Shown piece after piece: positions 1 to 9,965 of a stretch of 32,000 bases of DNA (within the stretch, counting starts at the first letter, position 1; every line of letters starts with the position of its first letter). Both the position numbers and the translations under genes were made by a program. The notes under the pieces were generated by a model that did no database searches, had not been told where the DNA came from, and was given only the letters and a program-made list of their open reading frames with translations. This DNA is from an uncultured Clostridiaceae bacterium (GTDB taxonomy: Bacteria; Bacillota; Clostridia; TANB77; CAG-465), in contig CAMVON010000004.1 in the NCBI GenBank assembly GCA_947169155.1, positions 81,012 to 113,011 of the forward strand, read 5' to 3'.

Positions 1-554
1 CTATAATAGTCATCAAACATTAATTCATTTAATGCAAGTTCAACAGAAGTTGAAAACACTTTATGAGGGACAATAAACTCATTATCTATAATTTTATCTT
101 TCATAAGCATATCTCTACACACATAATGTTGGCATTGATGGTAACACTCATGAAATATAGTTGAAGACAAGTTTAAACAAGTTATAATTGTTTCTTCTTG
201 TGACTTGCTATCAATTACATCTTTCATAAAATCACTAAAATTAATGTCAATAATAGATTTAGATTTGTCATAAGAAGTAGAACCGTATATTTCATTTGCA
301 TAGTTTTCAGGATTAATACTGTTAATAACAACTTCTTTTTTTATTCCATATTTTTTATTCTCTAATTTACTCATAGATTTAGCATACTCATATGCACTAT
401 TGTAAAGCTCATTTACGATACTTTGATCGTTTGCCATATAACCATCATTATATATTTTTGCTTTTGTGCTTTTTATATTAGAAATGAACTTCTCTGTGAG
501 TTCTTTTTCTTTAGAAATATAACGTTCATTAATCATTTTTTGTATTTGATTCAT
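1..554 (-). CDS. hypothetical protein, partial (C-terminus runs off window start), with HExxH-like motif
   Basis: The minus-strand frame is open from ATG at 554 to the window edge; I checked every codon and found no stop. An AAGGAGA SD lies about 9 nt upstream. Translation begins MNQIQKMINERYISKEKELTEKF. HECYHQCQH is encoded at 126-152. It is not in the ORF track because there is no stop in the window. No family recognised. Confidence 0.55.
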   Translation of the reverse strand, partial: MNQIQKMINERYISKEKELTEKFISNIKSTKAKIYNDGYMANDQSIVNELYNSAYEYAKSMSKLENKKYGIKKEVVINSINPENYANEIYGSTSYDKSKSIIDINFSDFMKDVIDSKSQEETIITCLNLSSTIFHECYHQCQHYVCRDMLMKDKIIDNEFIVPHKVFSTSVELALNELMFDDYY

Positions 555-831
555 TATTAATTGTCTCCTTTATATATTCTTCTGGAATAATATCTAGTAC
601 AGAAGAGTTTTCTATATGGTCAATTAAGTTATCTACTTTTTCTATTTCTTTTGCTTGTTTTTTATCTCTAAAATATTTAGTTATCCTGTTAAAAAAGCCT
701 TTTCCTTCAATTTTTTTTAACTCTTTTTCACTTAATAATTCTTTTAATTGTTCATCTGTAGTTTCTTCATACTCAAGGTATGGTCTGTTTTCCACTTCTT
801 CTACAAATTTATCTAATTCCTCACGTGTCAT
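529..831 (-). CDS. hypothetical small acidic protein (100 aa)
   Basis: ORF track entry. An AGGTGA SD precedes the ATG. Its 3' end overlaps the start of the downstream minus-strand ORF by 26 nt (529-554), suggesting co-translation. No family recognised. Confidence 0.55.
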   Translation of the reverse strand: MTREELDKFVEEVENRPYLEYEETTDEQLKELLSEKELKKIEGKGFFNRITKYFRDKKQAKEIEKVDNLIDHIENSSVLDIIPEEYIKETINNESNTKND

Positions 832-897
832 ATTATCACCTAAAAAAATTATATAACAAATGCTTTAAATTATGCAACATAAAGTATGATGAATAAC

Positions 898-926
898 TTG
901 TAAATACTACAAAAATTTAGTATAAT
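898..926 (+). promoter_or_regulatory. sigma-70-type promoter upstream of mutL
   Basis: TTGTAA (898-903), 17-nt spacer, TATAAT (921-926), 27 nt before the mutL start. Confidence 0.5.
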
Positions 927-952
927 ATTGGAGTAAAAAGGTAGGGAAAACT

Positions 953-2920
953 ATGGGAGATATTGTATTATTAGACGAACAAACAATAAATAAGATTGCA
1001 GCAGGTGAAGTTGTAGACAGACCCGCATCTATTGTTAAGGAATTAGTAGAAAACTCAATTGATGCTAAAGCTACAGCAATTACTGTTGAAATAAAAAAAG
1101 GTGGAATAAGCTATATTAAAATAACAGATAATGGAACAGGCTTCCATTCAGATGATATTGAGATGGCTTTTGAACGTCACGCAACAAGTAAAATACGTAA
1201 AGAAGAAGATCTTCAAAAGATAACTTCTATGGGATTTAGAGGTGAAGCTTTAGCATCCGTTGCAGCAATTGCCAAAGTAGTACTAACTACTAAAAATGTA
1301 AATGAAGAAATAGGTTCAAAAGTTAGAGTAGAAGCTGGAAACATTGTATCTCGTAAAGAAGTGCCATGTAACACTGGTACTACAATTGAGATATATGATG
1401 TTTTCTATAACGTCCCAGCTCGTTTCAAATTCTTAAAGAAAGATTACACTGAAGCTGGATATATTGAAGATGCAGTAACAAGAATTGCACTAGCATATCC
1501 ACATATTTCATTTAGATATGTTAATAATGGAAAAACTATAATTCAAACATCTGGTACTGGAAATCTTCATGATACTATTTATGATATTTTTGGAAAAGAA
1601 GTATATAATGCAGTTCTTCCAATAGATTATGAGTCTGGAGATATGAAAGTATTCGGTATGATTGGAAAACCAGTTATATCTCGTTCAACAAGAATGCATC
1701 AATTTATATACATCAACAATAGATACATAAAAGATAAAACAATATCTTCTGCAATAGATAGAGCATGTGAAGAAAAATTTGCAATTAGCAAACATGCTTT
1801 TATTGTATGTAATATATATATGAATCCAAGTTTAATAGACGTAAACGTACACCCTGCAAAACTTGAAGTAAAATTTGCAGATGAATCTAAGATCTTTGAT
1901 GTCGTTTACCATGCAGTAAGAGGAGCAATAGAAAATGATAACAGAAATAATTCACCATTTACTATTGCAAGAGCAGAACTCGAAGCATCAAAAGAAACAC
2001 TAGATAATCCAAGTGTTGTAGTAGAAGATAAAGTTACAAAAGATACAAAAAAACAAATTGAACAAATTTCTAAAGATCTAATGAACAATGGTGTAATTCC
2101 AAATCCTCAAAAAGAGAAAAAGTATAACTTTGAAACTGCTACATCAAGATTATATAAACAACAAGAGCCAGAACCTGTAAATGTTAATAGCCTACTTGAT
2201 TCATTAAATGAAAAAATGGGTGGAGATATTAATACAGATACAACTGAGGAAGAAAAAGTTGAAGAAGAGACAATAGAAGAGACACCATTTGAACAAGCAA
2301 AATTTGATGTTGAATCATATGAAGAAACATCTATAGATAAAGTGGATACATTATATGAATATATTGGACATGTTTTTGATACATATATAATTATTCGTAT
2401 GAAAGATAAAATTTATTTTGTTGATCAACATGCAGCACATGAAAGATACTTATTTGAACAAATAAAAGAAGCATATTACAAGAAAGACCAAGAAACTCAA
2501 ATGCTTCTTATTCCACTATTAATCGGATTAAGCAACAAAGAAATGGGAATAGTAAGAGACAATATTGATATGTTTGAAAACGCAGGATTTATCCTTGATG
2601 AGTTTGATGATAACACATACAAAGTTTCAGGTGTACCAAATGTAGGATATAATATTGACCATAAATCTATGTTTAAGGATATGATAACAGAGTTATCTAC
2701 AACAGAAAAGACAGAACGTCAAACAAAAGAGCATAGATTCTTAGCTACACTTGCATGTAAAGCAGCTGTAAAAGGTGGAATGAAACTAGATATTGAAGAA
2801 CAAAAACGTTTAGTAGATAATATGATTGTTCTAGACAATCCATTTACTTGTCCACATGGAAGACCTACAGCAGTACCAATGACAAGATATGAAATAGAAA
2901 GAAAATTTATGAGAAAATAA
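953..2920 (+). CDS. mutL: DNA mismatch repair protein MutL (endonuclease-type)
   Basis: 655 aa. N-terminal GHKL ATPase signature INKIAAGEVVDRPASIVKELVENSIDA. C-terminal endonuclease motif DQHAAHERYLFE and CPHGRP. Confidence 0.97.
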   Translation: MGDIVLLDEQTINKIAAGEVVDRPASIVKELVENSIDAKATAITVEIKKGGISYIKITDNGTGFHSDDIEMAFERHATSKIRKEEDLQKITSMGFRGEALASVAAIAKVVLTTKNVNEEIGSKVRVEAGNIVSRKEVPCNTGTTIEIYDVFYNVPARFKFLKKDYTEAGYIEDAVTRIALAYPHISFRYVNNGKTIIQTSGTGNLHDTIYDIFGKEVYNAVLPIDYESGDMKVFGMIGKPVISRSTRMHQFIYINNRYIKDKTISSAIDRACEEKFAISKHAFIVCNIYMNPSLIDVNVHPAKLEVKFADESKIFDVVYHAVRGAIENDNRNNSPFTIARAELEASKETLDNPSVVVEDKVTKDTKKQIEQISKDLMNNGVIPNPQKEKKYNFETATSRLYKQQEPEPVNVNSLLDSLNEKMGGDINTDTTEEEKVEEETIEETPFEQAKFDVESYEETSIDKVDTLYEYIGHVFDTYIIIRMKDKIYFVDQHAAHERYLFEQIKEAYYKKDQETQMLLIPLLIGLSNKEMGIVRDNIDMFENAGFILDEFDDNTYKVSGVPNVGYNIDHKSMFKDMITELSTTEKTERQTKEHRFLATLACKAAVKGGMKLDIEEQKRLVDNMIVLDNPFTCPHGRPTAVPMTRYEIERKFMRK

Positions 2921-2930
2921 AGGAGAATAC

Positions 2931-3854
2931 ATGAATAAAGTAATATGTATTGTTGGACCAACAGCATCAGGTAAGACAGGACTAGCTATTGAGCTAGCTA
3001 AGAAAATAGATGCAGAAGTTATTAGTGCAGATTCAATGCAAATATATAAAGACTTGGATGTAGGAACAGCAAAAGTAACCAAAGAAGAAGCACAAGGAAT
3101 ACCACATCATATGATAAATATATGTAATGTTGAAGATAAATTCTCCGTTGCAGATTTTAAAACTATGTGCTATGATAAAATAGAAGAGATACAAAAACGT
3201 GGCAAAAACGTAATAATAGCTGGCGGTACAGGATTATATGTTAATGCAGTAGTATATAATATGAATTTTACTGAAGAAGAAACAGATACAGCATTAAGAC
3301 AAGAATTAGAAAAAATTGCAAAAGAAAAAGGCAATGAATATCTTCATAATATGTTAAAAGAACTTGACCCTGTAACAGCAGAAGAAATTCATATGAATAA
3401 CGTAAAACGTGTAATTCGTGCAATTGAAATGGCAAAAAATGTTGGACTTAAGTCTAAGCATATGGAAGAAGAAAAGACAAGAATTGCAAATGAAAAAAGT
3501 CCATATGAATTTATAGTATTTTGTATTGAACAAGAAAGAGAATACTTATATAAAAGAATTAATCTAAGAGTAGATTTAATGATAAAAGACGGAATATTAG
3601 AAGAAGCAAGAAAAGTTTATGATATGAAATTGCCATCAAACAACACTTGTATGCAAGCAATTGGATATAAAGAATTCTTTCCATACTTTGAAGGAAACGC
3701 AACTTTAGAAGAGTGCGTTGAAACATTAAAGAAAGAAACAAGACATTATGCAAAACGTCAAATGACATGGTTTAACAACAAGCTAGATTGTATAATGCTA
3801 GATGGAAGCAAGCCAAAAGATGAACTAGTAAATGAAATTATAAGTAAATTATAA
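2931..3854 (+). CDS. miaA: tRNA dimethylallyltransferase MiaA
   Basis: 307 aa. P-loop GPTASGKT and SADSMQIYKDLDVGTAK. AAGGAGA SD. 10-nt gap after mutL, the classic mutL-miaA linkage. Confidence 0.95.
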   Translation: MNKVICIVGPTASGKTGLAIELAKKIDAEVISADSMQIYKDLDVGTAKVTKEEAQGIPHHMINICNVEDKFSVADFKTMCYDKIEEIQKRGKNVIIAGGTGLYVNAVVYNMNFTEEETDTALRQELEKIAKEKGNEYLHNMLKELDPVTAEEIHMNNVKRVIRAIEMAKNVGLKSKHMEEEKTRIANEKSPYEFIVFCIEQEREYLYKRINLRVDLMIKDGILEEARKVYDMKLPSNNTCMQAIGYKEFFPYFEGNATLEECVETLKKETRHYAKRQMTWFNNKLDCIMLDGSKPKDELVNEIISKL

Positions 3855-3871
3855 TGAAATAGGAGAGGTAT

Positions 3872-5089
3872 ATGAGAAAGGTTTTAGACTTTTTAAAAGC
3901 TAATATTAGAATAGTTGTTATAGCAGTTATATTATTAGTATTTATTATTGTATATAAGTCTAAAGATGTATTTACACATAAGACAATTTACACAGTTGTT
4001 AATGGTGACCTTGAAAGCATTACAGAAACAAATCTATATTTGCTAAAATCTGAAAATATAGTAGATTATAACAAAGAAGAAGCAATTACAGCTATAGTAG
4101 ATCAAGGAAAACGTGCATCAAAATATGAAGCAATAGCTACATACCAAAATGAAAGCTATGCAGATTACCAAAATCAAATTGCACAAATAGACAAACAAAT
4201 ACAATCATTAATAAAAGATATGCCAGAAACTCATTCTGCAGATATAACTAGTATAGAAAACAAAATTTTAAAATATGCATCAGAACTACAAGGGACTAAT
4301 TCATATTCTAAAATCCAAGAATATAAAGCTAAACTAGATGAACTTGCATATAAAAAGATTACAATCCTTGCAAATAGCTCACCAGAAAATTCTGCAATAA
4401 GAGATTTATTATCACAAAGAGAAGAATTAGTTAGACTTAGTAAAACGTCAGAAAATACAATTTGGACAGATAGAGCAGGAATTGTTACATATAAAATTGA
4501 TGGCTTAGAGGGAATATTAGATTATGGAAATGTTACTAACTATTCTGCTCAAGAATTAGATAATATAATTGAAAAATATAACACAAATGGAAATAATGAA
4601 TTTGGAATAAAAATAGTAAATAATTTTAACGCATATTTGTTAGTGAAAACACCAAAAGGAGAAAACGACGAATATATAAAAGAAGGAAGAACATACAACA
4701 TAAGAGTAGCAGATTTAGAAAATACAACACTAAAAGTAAGACTTACTAAAAATATAGCTGAAGGAGATTATAACTATTCAATATTTGAAATTCAAAACGA
4801 AATTGATAGCTTAGTAGATTATAGAAAATTATCTTGTGAAGTGATTTGGAATACAATAAGCGGGATGGCTGTACCACTTAATGCTATATACCATGATGAT
4901 GAACAAAATTACGATTATGTTTTAATGGTATATGGAACAGATTATAAAAGAGTAGCGGTAAACATTAAAAGAAAAAGTGATAGTATAGCAATTGTTGAAA
5001 ATGTGGATAAAAGCACAGCAGAAAGCTATGGACTTGACACATCATTCGTACTTGAAATGTATGATGAACTTGTAATAGAAGATAGATAA
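3872..5089 (+). CDS. membrane-anchored coiled-coil protein, HlyD/membrane-fusion-protein-like
   Basis: 405 aa. One N-terminal TM helix (IVVIAVILLVFIIVY), a long Q/K/E-rich coiled-coil region, then a beta-rich C-terminal part ending in a GMAVPLNAI-type motif typical of periplasmic adaptor proteins. AGGAGAGG SD. The family call is from architecture only. Confidence 0.5.
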   Translation: MRKVLDFLKANIRIVVIAVILLVFIIVYKSKDVFTHKTIYTVVNGDLESITETNLYLLKSENIVDYNKEEAITAIVDQGKRASKYEAIATYQNESYADYQNQIAQIDKQIQSLIKDMPETHSADITSIENKILKYASELQGTNSYSKIQEYKAKLDELAYKKITILANSSPENSAIRDLLSQREELVRLSKTSENTIWTDRAGIVTYKIDGLEGILDYGNVTNYSAQELDNIIEKYNTNGNNEFGIKIVNNFNAYLLVKTPKGENDEYIKEGRTYNIRVADLENTTLKVRLTKNIAEGDYNYSIFEIQNEIDSLVDYRKLSCEVIWNTISGMAVPLNAIYHDDEQNYDYVLMVYGTDYKRVAVNIKRKSDSIAIVENVDKSTAESYGLDTSFVLEMYDELVIEDR

Positions 5090-5094
5090 AAATA

Positions 5095-5122
5095 AGAAGC
5101 AACTTTTTTAGGAGTTGCTTCT
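5095..5122. terminator. bidirectional rho-independent terminator between convergent genes
   Basis: Perfect 10-bp stem AGAAGCAACT / AGTTGCTTCT with an 8-nt loop, A-run upstream and T-run downstream. It overlaps the last codons of the minus-strand ORF. Confidence 0.75.
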
Positions 5123-5689
5123 TTTTGTGTATTTTTTACCGCTAATTTGATCTGTATAGACCTTAACGTTTTGGTGTTTTTCAGTGTTTAATACCTTCTT
5201 TTGGTCTCCAAGTATAAGTAGTGTTTGATACAACTCATACTTAGAAAACATATCTGTTTCCATTATTTCATTTATGCACTTTTCATAGTAGTACTCTCTA
5301 GAATTTTGCACAAGTAGTGGCTTGTCTAATATCTTATTATAATGGCTTAAATTATCTGAAAGAATAGAAGACGTTATAATAGCTTCAGGGCTTTCATAGT
5401 CCCCAGCTTTGTAATCTTCTATACTCTTAGTATAATTTCCAATTAAATCTGTATTTTCACATACCTTATTATATACAATAGCACTAAGTCCAGTTGTATT
5501 TACTCTGATGCATTCATAATTATCATCACTGTATAATGGAGAGTCTTTTGGCGCTAAATATGCCAAAATTCCAGACTTTTCTCCATCATTAAGAGTAAGT
5601 ACTTTGTTACCAAACTCAGATAACTTAATTCCATATTTTAGACAATCACTAGCAACATTTTTATCTAGATAGATATACAAATCTTGCAT
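5108..5689 (-). CDS. hypothetical protein
   Basis: ORF track 5108..5698. I prefer ATG at 5689 (MQDLYIYL...) because GAGGTG lies 6 nt upstream; the track start at 5698 is the GTG inside that SD. No family recognised. Confidence 0.65.
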   Translation of the reverse strand: MQDLYIYLDKNVASDCLKYGIKLSEFGNKVLTLNDGEKSGILAYLAPKDSPLYSDDNYECIRVNTTGLSAIVYNKVCENTDLIGNYTKSIEDYKAGDYESPEAIITSSILSDNLSHYNKILDKPLLVQNSREYYYEKCINEIMETDMFSKYELYQTLLILGDQKKVLNTEKHQNVKVYTDQISGKKYTKRSNS

Positions 5690-5753
5690 GATTATCACCT
5701 CAAGTGACTATATTATAGCATAGCTAAGGTAAAATGTTAAGAAAAAAATAAAA

Positions 5754-5775
5754 AAGCTACCAAATTAATGGTAGC
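5754..5775 (-). terminator. rho-independent terminator of dut
   Basis: 8-bp stem AGCTACCA / TGGTAGCT with a 6-nt loop, followed on the minus strand by a T-run (plus-strand aaaaaataaaaaa at 5741-5753). Confidence 0.7.
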
Positions 5776-5788
5776 TAAACTCTTAAAA

Positions 5789-6244
5789 CTATTTATCTGT
5801 AGAACCAAATCCACCCATACGTGTACCAGTAGCATTATCATCATCAACTGTTAAGTATTTTTGGAATACTACTTGTCCAATAACATCACCTTTTTTAACT
5901 TCAATATCATGGTCTGAACAATTAAAGTATGCAAAAAAGAAATGTCCATCGTTGTCTGGATTTCCATAGTAGTCTGAATCTATTAATCCAACGCTATTTG
6001 CCATTAAAAATCCTTTTTTAGGACCAGAACTTCTGTTAAGTAGAAGATAGCACTCATCTTCCATACAATATGCTTTAAGCCCTGTTGGTATTAATGTTGG
6101 TTTTATTCCTGGATAATATTTTGGAATAATAATATCTTCTGCAGCTTCAACATCATATCCTGCTGAATGAGCAGTTTTTCTAACTGGCATATGAATATCT
6201 TTATCTTCATATCCTTTAGCAATTTCAAATCCTCTTTGTCTCAT
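5789..6244 (-). CDS. dut: dUTP diphosphatase (trimeric dUTPase)
   Basis: 151 aa with all five dUTPase motifs: SAGYDV, IPTGLK, GLIDSDYYG, GDVIGQVV, RMGGFGSTDK. AAGGGGGA SD. Confidence 0.93.
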   Translation of the reverse strand: MRQRGFEIAKGYEDKDIHMPVRKTAHSAGYDVEAAEDIIIPKYYPGIKPTLIPTGLKAYCMEDECYLLLNRSSGPKKGFLMANSVGLIDSDYYGNPDNDGHFFFAYFNCSDHDIEVKKGDVIGQVVFQKYLTVDDDNATGTRMGGFGSTDK

Positions 6245-6389
6245 TTTTAAGTCCCCCTTAATTCCATATGTATTATATCATAATGAGTAATAAAAACAAT
6301 AAAATTATAATAAAAAATATAATAATAAAGAAAATGAAATATAATAAAAATATTTAAAAAATAATTAAAAAAATTAGCCTCAAAAGAGA

Positions 6390-7283
6390 CTAATTAATAT
6401 GTTCAAGTCTTGCTATACGTTCATCTATTGATGGGTGTGTAGAAAATATAGAACTTTTCTTTTTCTTTCTTGTTTTACCATTTGGATCATTAATATACAT
6501 ATGAGCAGTTGCATTACTATAATTTTTCATTGTAGAGTTATCTGCATCAAGTTTTCTTAAAGCAGAAATAAGTCCTTTTGGATTTCTAGTAAATTCAACT
6601 GAAGTTGCATCTGCAAGATATTCTCTTTTACGAGACACTGCAAGTTGAATTATCTTAGAAACAATTGGAGAAAGAAGTAAGAAAACAAATCCAATTATAT
6701 ATAATATTACAGTATATTTTCCAAAATCATCATTATCTGAGCGTCTTCTTCTAAAACCAAATCTTAATACTAAATCTGAAATCATTACTATAAAACCAGC
6801 AAATACTGATACTACAGTAGAAAGTAAAATATCATAGTTTTTTACATGAGATAGCTCGTGAGCTAAAACTCCTTCAAGTTCATACTTGTCCATTATATCT
6901 AGAAGTCCAGTTGTAACGCATATTACAGCGTTTTGTGGATTTCTTCCTGTTGCAAATGCATTAGGTGAAGGATTGTCTACTACATATAGTTTAGGTCTTG
7001 GTAAACCAGATGCAATAACAAGCCCATCCATAACAGTTGTAAGTAATTGATCTTCTTGAGGATTAGCAGGTCTTGCATTATTCATTGCAAGTACTATCTT
7101 ATCACAATTATAGTAACTAATAAAACTAGTAATAATAGAAAAGGCCATAGCAATGATAACAGAGTATGGCCCTAAGTTCATGTAATAACATACAAAGTAT
7201 ATAAGTAGTGTTACTATTAATACGAATCCTAAAACTATAAAAAATGATTCAATTTTGTTATTTCTTACAGCTTTTAATATCAT
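6390..7283 (-). CDS. htpX: M48-family zinc metalloprotease HtpX
   Basis: 297 aa, N-terminal and central TM helices, HELSHVKNYD zinc motif. 9-nt gap after lemA, the common lemA-htpX pair. Confidence 0.9.
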   Translation of the reverse strand: MILKAVRNNKIESFFIVLGFVLIVTLLIYFVCYYMNLGPYSVIIAMAFSIITSFISYYNCDKIVLAMNNARPANPQEDQLLTTVMDGLVIASGLPRPKLYVVDNPSPNAFATGRNPQNAVICVTTGLLDIMDKYELEGVLAHELSHVKNYDILLSTVVSVFAGFIVMISDLVLRFGFRRRRSDNDDFGKYTVILYIIGFVFLLLSPIVSKIIQLAVSRKREYLADATSVEFTRNPKGLISALRKLDADNSTMKNYSNATAHMYINDPNGKTRKKKKSSIFSTHPSIDERIARLEHIN

Positions 7284-7292
7284 AAAATCACC

Positions 7293-7838
7293 TTAAAATT
7301 GTACTTTTACAGGTTCTTTTTGAGCTTCATCAATAGTAAAGAATGGTTCTTCTTTGTATCCAAACATTCCAGCTAGAATATTGCTTGGAAATTTCATTAT
7401 AGCAGTGTTATACATTTGAACTGTATCGTTATAAAATTGTCTAGAATATGCAACTTTATCTTCAGTTCCAGCAAGTTCAGTTTGTAGTGCTAAGAAGTTT
7501 TCGTTTGCTTTTAATTCTGGATAAGCTTCACCTAAAGCAAAGATACTTTTTAAAGTAGATGTTAATTCGTTGTTTGCTTTAGCTTTGTCTTCAACAGATG
7601 AAGCACTTGCATATGTATTTCTAGCAGCAATAACTTTTTCTAAAGTTCCTTGCTCATGAGCAGCATATCCTTTAACTGTTTCAACAAGATTTGGAATTAA
7701 ATCAAATCTTCTTTTAAGTTGTGTATCGATTTGTGCCCAAGCATTTTTAACTCTCATTTTTAATGATACTAAATGGTTATATACACTTATAGCCCAAACT
7801 ATAAGTAATACAACAATAACTAATAGAGCAATCCACAT
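7293..7838 (-). CDS. lemA: LemA family membrane protein
   Basis: 181 aa, a single N-terminal TM, and LemA-typical stretches QIDTQLKRRFDLIPNLVETVKGYAAHE and YNDTVQMYNTAIMKFPSN. GGAGG SD. Confidence 0.9.
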   Translation of the reverse strand: MWIALLVIVVLLIVWAISVYNHLVSLKMRVKNAWAQIDTQLKRRFDLIPNLVETVKGYAAHEQGTLEKVIAARNTYASASSVEDKAKANNELTSTLKSIFALGEAYPELKANENFLALQTELAGTEDKVAYSRQFYNDTVQMYNTAIMKFPSNILAGMFGYKEEPFFTIDEAQKEPVKVQF

Positions 7839-7973
7839 AGTTTATACCTCCCTTTATATTACTATATTATTTTATCATTAATTATTATCAAATGCAATAT
7901 AATGAAGTAATACAAATGTGTATATTTGAATGAAAACATGTTATTTAGTTTTTTATCTAAATAGACATAAAAT

Positions 7974-8002
7974 TTGACATTAAAATTATTATATAGTATA
8001 AT
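7974..8002 (+). promoter_or_regulatory. consensus sigma-70 promoter for the G5/SLT gene
   Basis: TTGACA (7974-7979), 17-nt spacer, TATAAT (7997-8002). Confidence 0.65.
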
Positions 8003-8035
8003 ATCTGTGTTAAATATTCTTTAGGAGGAATTTTT

Positions 8036-9031
8036 GTGAAAGAAGACAAAGCATATATATTAAGAAAAGTGCTTACTGTGTTAAGCCTTGTACTAATATT
8101 TGCTACTGCTGGATTACTAGCAATTACAACCCAACTTAAGACAATTACATTTAACTACTATGGTAATGTTAAATCTATTAAAACATTAGCAAGTTCTGTA
8201 GATGCATTTTTATTACAAAACAATATCTCATTAAACGAGAATGCTCTAATAGAACCTCAAGCTGGAGCAAGAATAACAAACGGAATGACAATCACTGTTT
8301 CAACTACAAGAGCAGATGCTATTGATATTGAAAAAATAAGAGAGTCATATGCACCAGTTGTTGCTAGTGTAAAAGAAGAAATACAAGCAATACCATTTGA
8401 AGAAGAAAAGGTTGATAACGCAGATAGAGAATCTGGAGAAACTGAGGTGTTACAAGAAGGTGTTGAAGGCTCAAAATCTATTAGTTATATAGTTAAAACT
8501 TCAAACAACCAAGTAATACAAAAAAATGAAATTAAAGCTGAAGTAATACAAGAAGCACAAAATAGAGTAGTAGAAGTAGGAACTAAGGTTTCTAGAAGTA
8601 GCTTAGTATCATCTATATATACTACACCGGTTGATGGTGGATTTATAAGTTATAATATAGATTTTCCAGAAGAGTACCAACATTATGCATATAATCTATG
8701 CCAAAGATATGGAATAGACTATTCATTGTTCATTGCAATTATGTTTGTTGAAAGTAGATTTCAACCAAATGCAAGTAATGGAGGAATGTATATTGGTCTA
8801 TGCCAAGTTGCTGCAGCACACTTACCAAACTTAAGTTCAAAACTTGGTATTTCAGATTTATATGATCCTTATGATAATATGACTGCAGGTGCTTATCTTC
8901 TATCATATTATATAAATGCAAATGGTAGCATTGAATCAGGTCTTGCCTCATATGGTGGTGGTGCATCATATGTTAATTTAGCGTTAAGCACTAGAGAAAG
9001 ACTGATTGCAAATGGCGGATTATCTGATTAA
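8036..9031 (+). CDS. YabE-like cell-wall protein: N-terminal TM, DUF348-like region, G5 domain, C-terminal lytic transglycosylase (SLT) domain
   Basis: 331 aa, GTG start 7 nt after AGGAGG. G5-like segment EETEVLQEGVEGSKSISYIV...VVEVGTK. SLT-like FVESRFQPNASN...GLCQV. Sits directly upstream of rsmA, as yabE does in Bacillus. Confidence 0.75.
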   Translation: MKEDKAYILRKVLTVLSLVLIFATAGLLAITTQLKTITFNYYGNVKSIKTLASSVDAFLLQNNISLNENALIEPQAGARITNGMTITVSTTRADAIDIEKIRESYAPVVASVKEEIQAIPFEEEKVDNADRESGETEVLQEGVEGSKSISYIVKTSNNQVIQKNEIKAEVIQEAQNRVVEVGTKVSRSSLVSSIYTTPVDGGFISYNIDFPEEYQHYAYNLCQRYGIDYSLFIAIMFVESRFQPNASNGGMYIGLCQVAAAHLPNLSSKLGISDLYDPYDNMTAGAYLLSYYINANGSIESGLASYGGGASYVNLALSTRERLIANGGLSD

Positions 9032-9044
9032 AATAATTAATTGA

Positions 9045-9074
9045 GAATAGCTACTAAAATAGCTATTCTTTTTA
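9045..9074 (+). terminator. rho-independent terminator
   Basis: Stem GAATAGCT / AGCTATTC with an 8-nt loop, followed by TTTTT. Confidence 0.7.
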
Positions 9075-9095
9075 TTTCTAAATAAAGGAGAAAAT

Positions 9096-9953
9096 ATGAA
9101 CACATTATCTAAGACAAGAAGTATAATGAACAAATTTAATATTGTTGCAAATAAAAGATACGGTCAAAACTTTCTTATAGATGATAATATTCTTCAAGGA
9201 ATTATATCTTCAGCAGATATAACAGATGAAGACTTAGTAATCGAAATCGGACCTGGTCTTGGAAATCTTACAGAATATATATTAAATACAGCAAAATATG
9301 GATTACTAGTAGAAATAGATCCTAAAATGATTGCAGTTTTAGAAGATAGATTTAGTAATAGAAATAATTACACATTATTAAATGAAGATATACTAAAAGT
9401 AGATATAGATAATCTTGTAAAAAAGATTAAAGCAGAAAATAATATGGAATTTAAAAGCGTTAAAGTAGTTGCAAATCTTCCATACTATATTACAACACCT
9501 ATTATTTTCCAATTATTAGAAGATAGTAATTGTATTGAGTCAATAACAGTAATGGTACAAAAGGAAGTAGCAGAAAGAATGACTGCAGACTCACATTCAA
9601 AAGAATATGGAATATTAACTATAATGGTAGACTATTTTTCAAATGCTAATATAGATATAATTGTTCCAAATTCAAGTTTTATTCCAGAACCTGGAGTAAC
9701 ATCTGCTGTAATTACTTTAAAGAAAAATAGAAAATACAAAGTAAACAATGAAAAAGTTTTCTTTGAACTTGTACATAAAGCTTTTGCTCAAAGAAGAAAG
9801 AAAATGACTAATTCATTAGCTAGTAATAATTTTAATAATATGTCTAAACAAGAAATTGAAGACTTATTTACAAATTGTAACCTAAAGCTAACAACAAGAG
9901 CAGAAGAATTAGAAACAACAGATTTTGTAAAAATTGCAAATAGCATAAAATAA
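9096..9953 (+). CDS. rsmA: 16S rRNA (adenine1518/1519-N6)-dimethyltransferase RsmA/KsgA
   Basis: 285 aa. RYGQNFLIDDNIL, EIGPGLGNLT SAM motif, ANLPYYITTPI. Confidence 0.95.
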   Translation: MNTLSKTRSIMNKFNIVANKRYGQNFLIDDNILQGIISSADITDEDLVIEIGPGLGNLTEYILNTAKYGLLVEIDPKMIAVLEDRFSNRNNYTLLNEDILKVDIDNLVKKIKAENNMEFKSVKVVANLPYYITTPIIFQLLEDSNCIESITVMVQKEVAERMTADSHSKEYGILTIMVDYFSNANIDIIVPNSSFIPEPGVTSAVITLKKNRKYKVNNEKVFFELVHKAFAQRRKKMTNSLASNNFNNMSKQEIEDLFTNCNLKLTTRAEELETTDFVKIANSIK

Positions 9954-9965
9954 GGGGATGAAAAT

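Noticed and set aside
1906-3082. Antisense or alternative-frame ORFs inside mutL and miaA (1906-2088, 2719-2967, 2831-3082); also 3559-3768
   Set aside because: They are embedded in well-supported conserved genes, give low-complexity translations and lack an SD. They are typical shadow ORFs.
8036-9031. G5/SLT lytic transglycosylase as a possible VirB1-like T4SS hydrolase
   Set aside because: Its DUF348/G5 architecture and its position directly upstream of rsmA match the housekeeping yabE locus of Firmicutes. It is also 7 kb from, and unlinked to, the T4SS-like genes.
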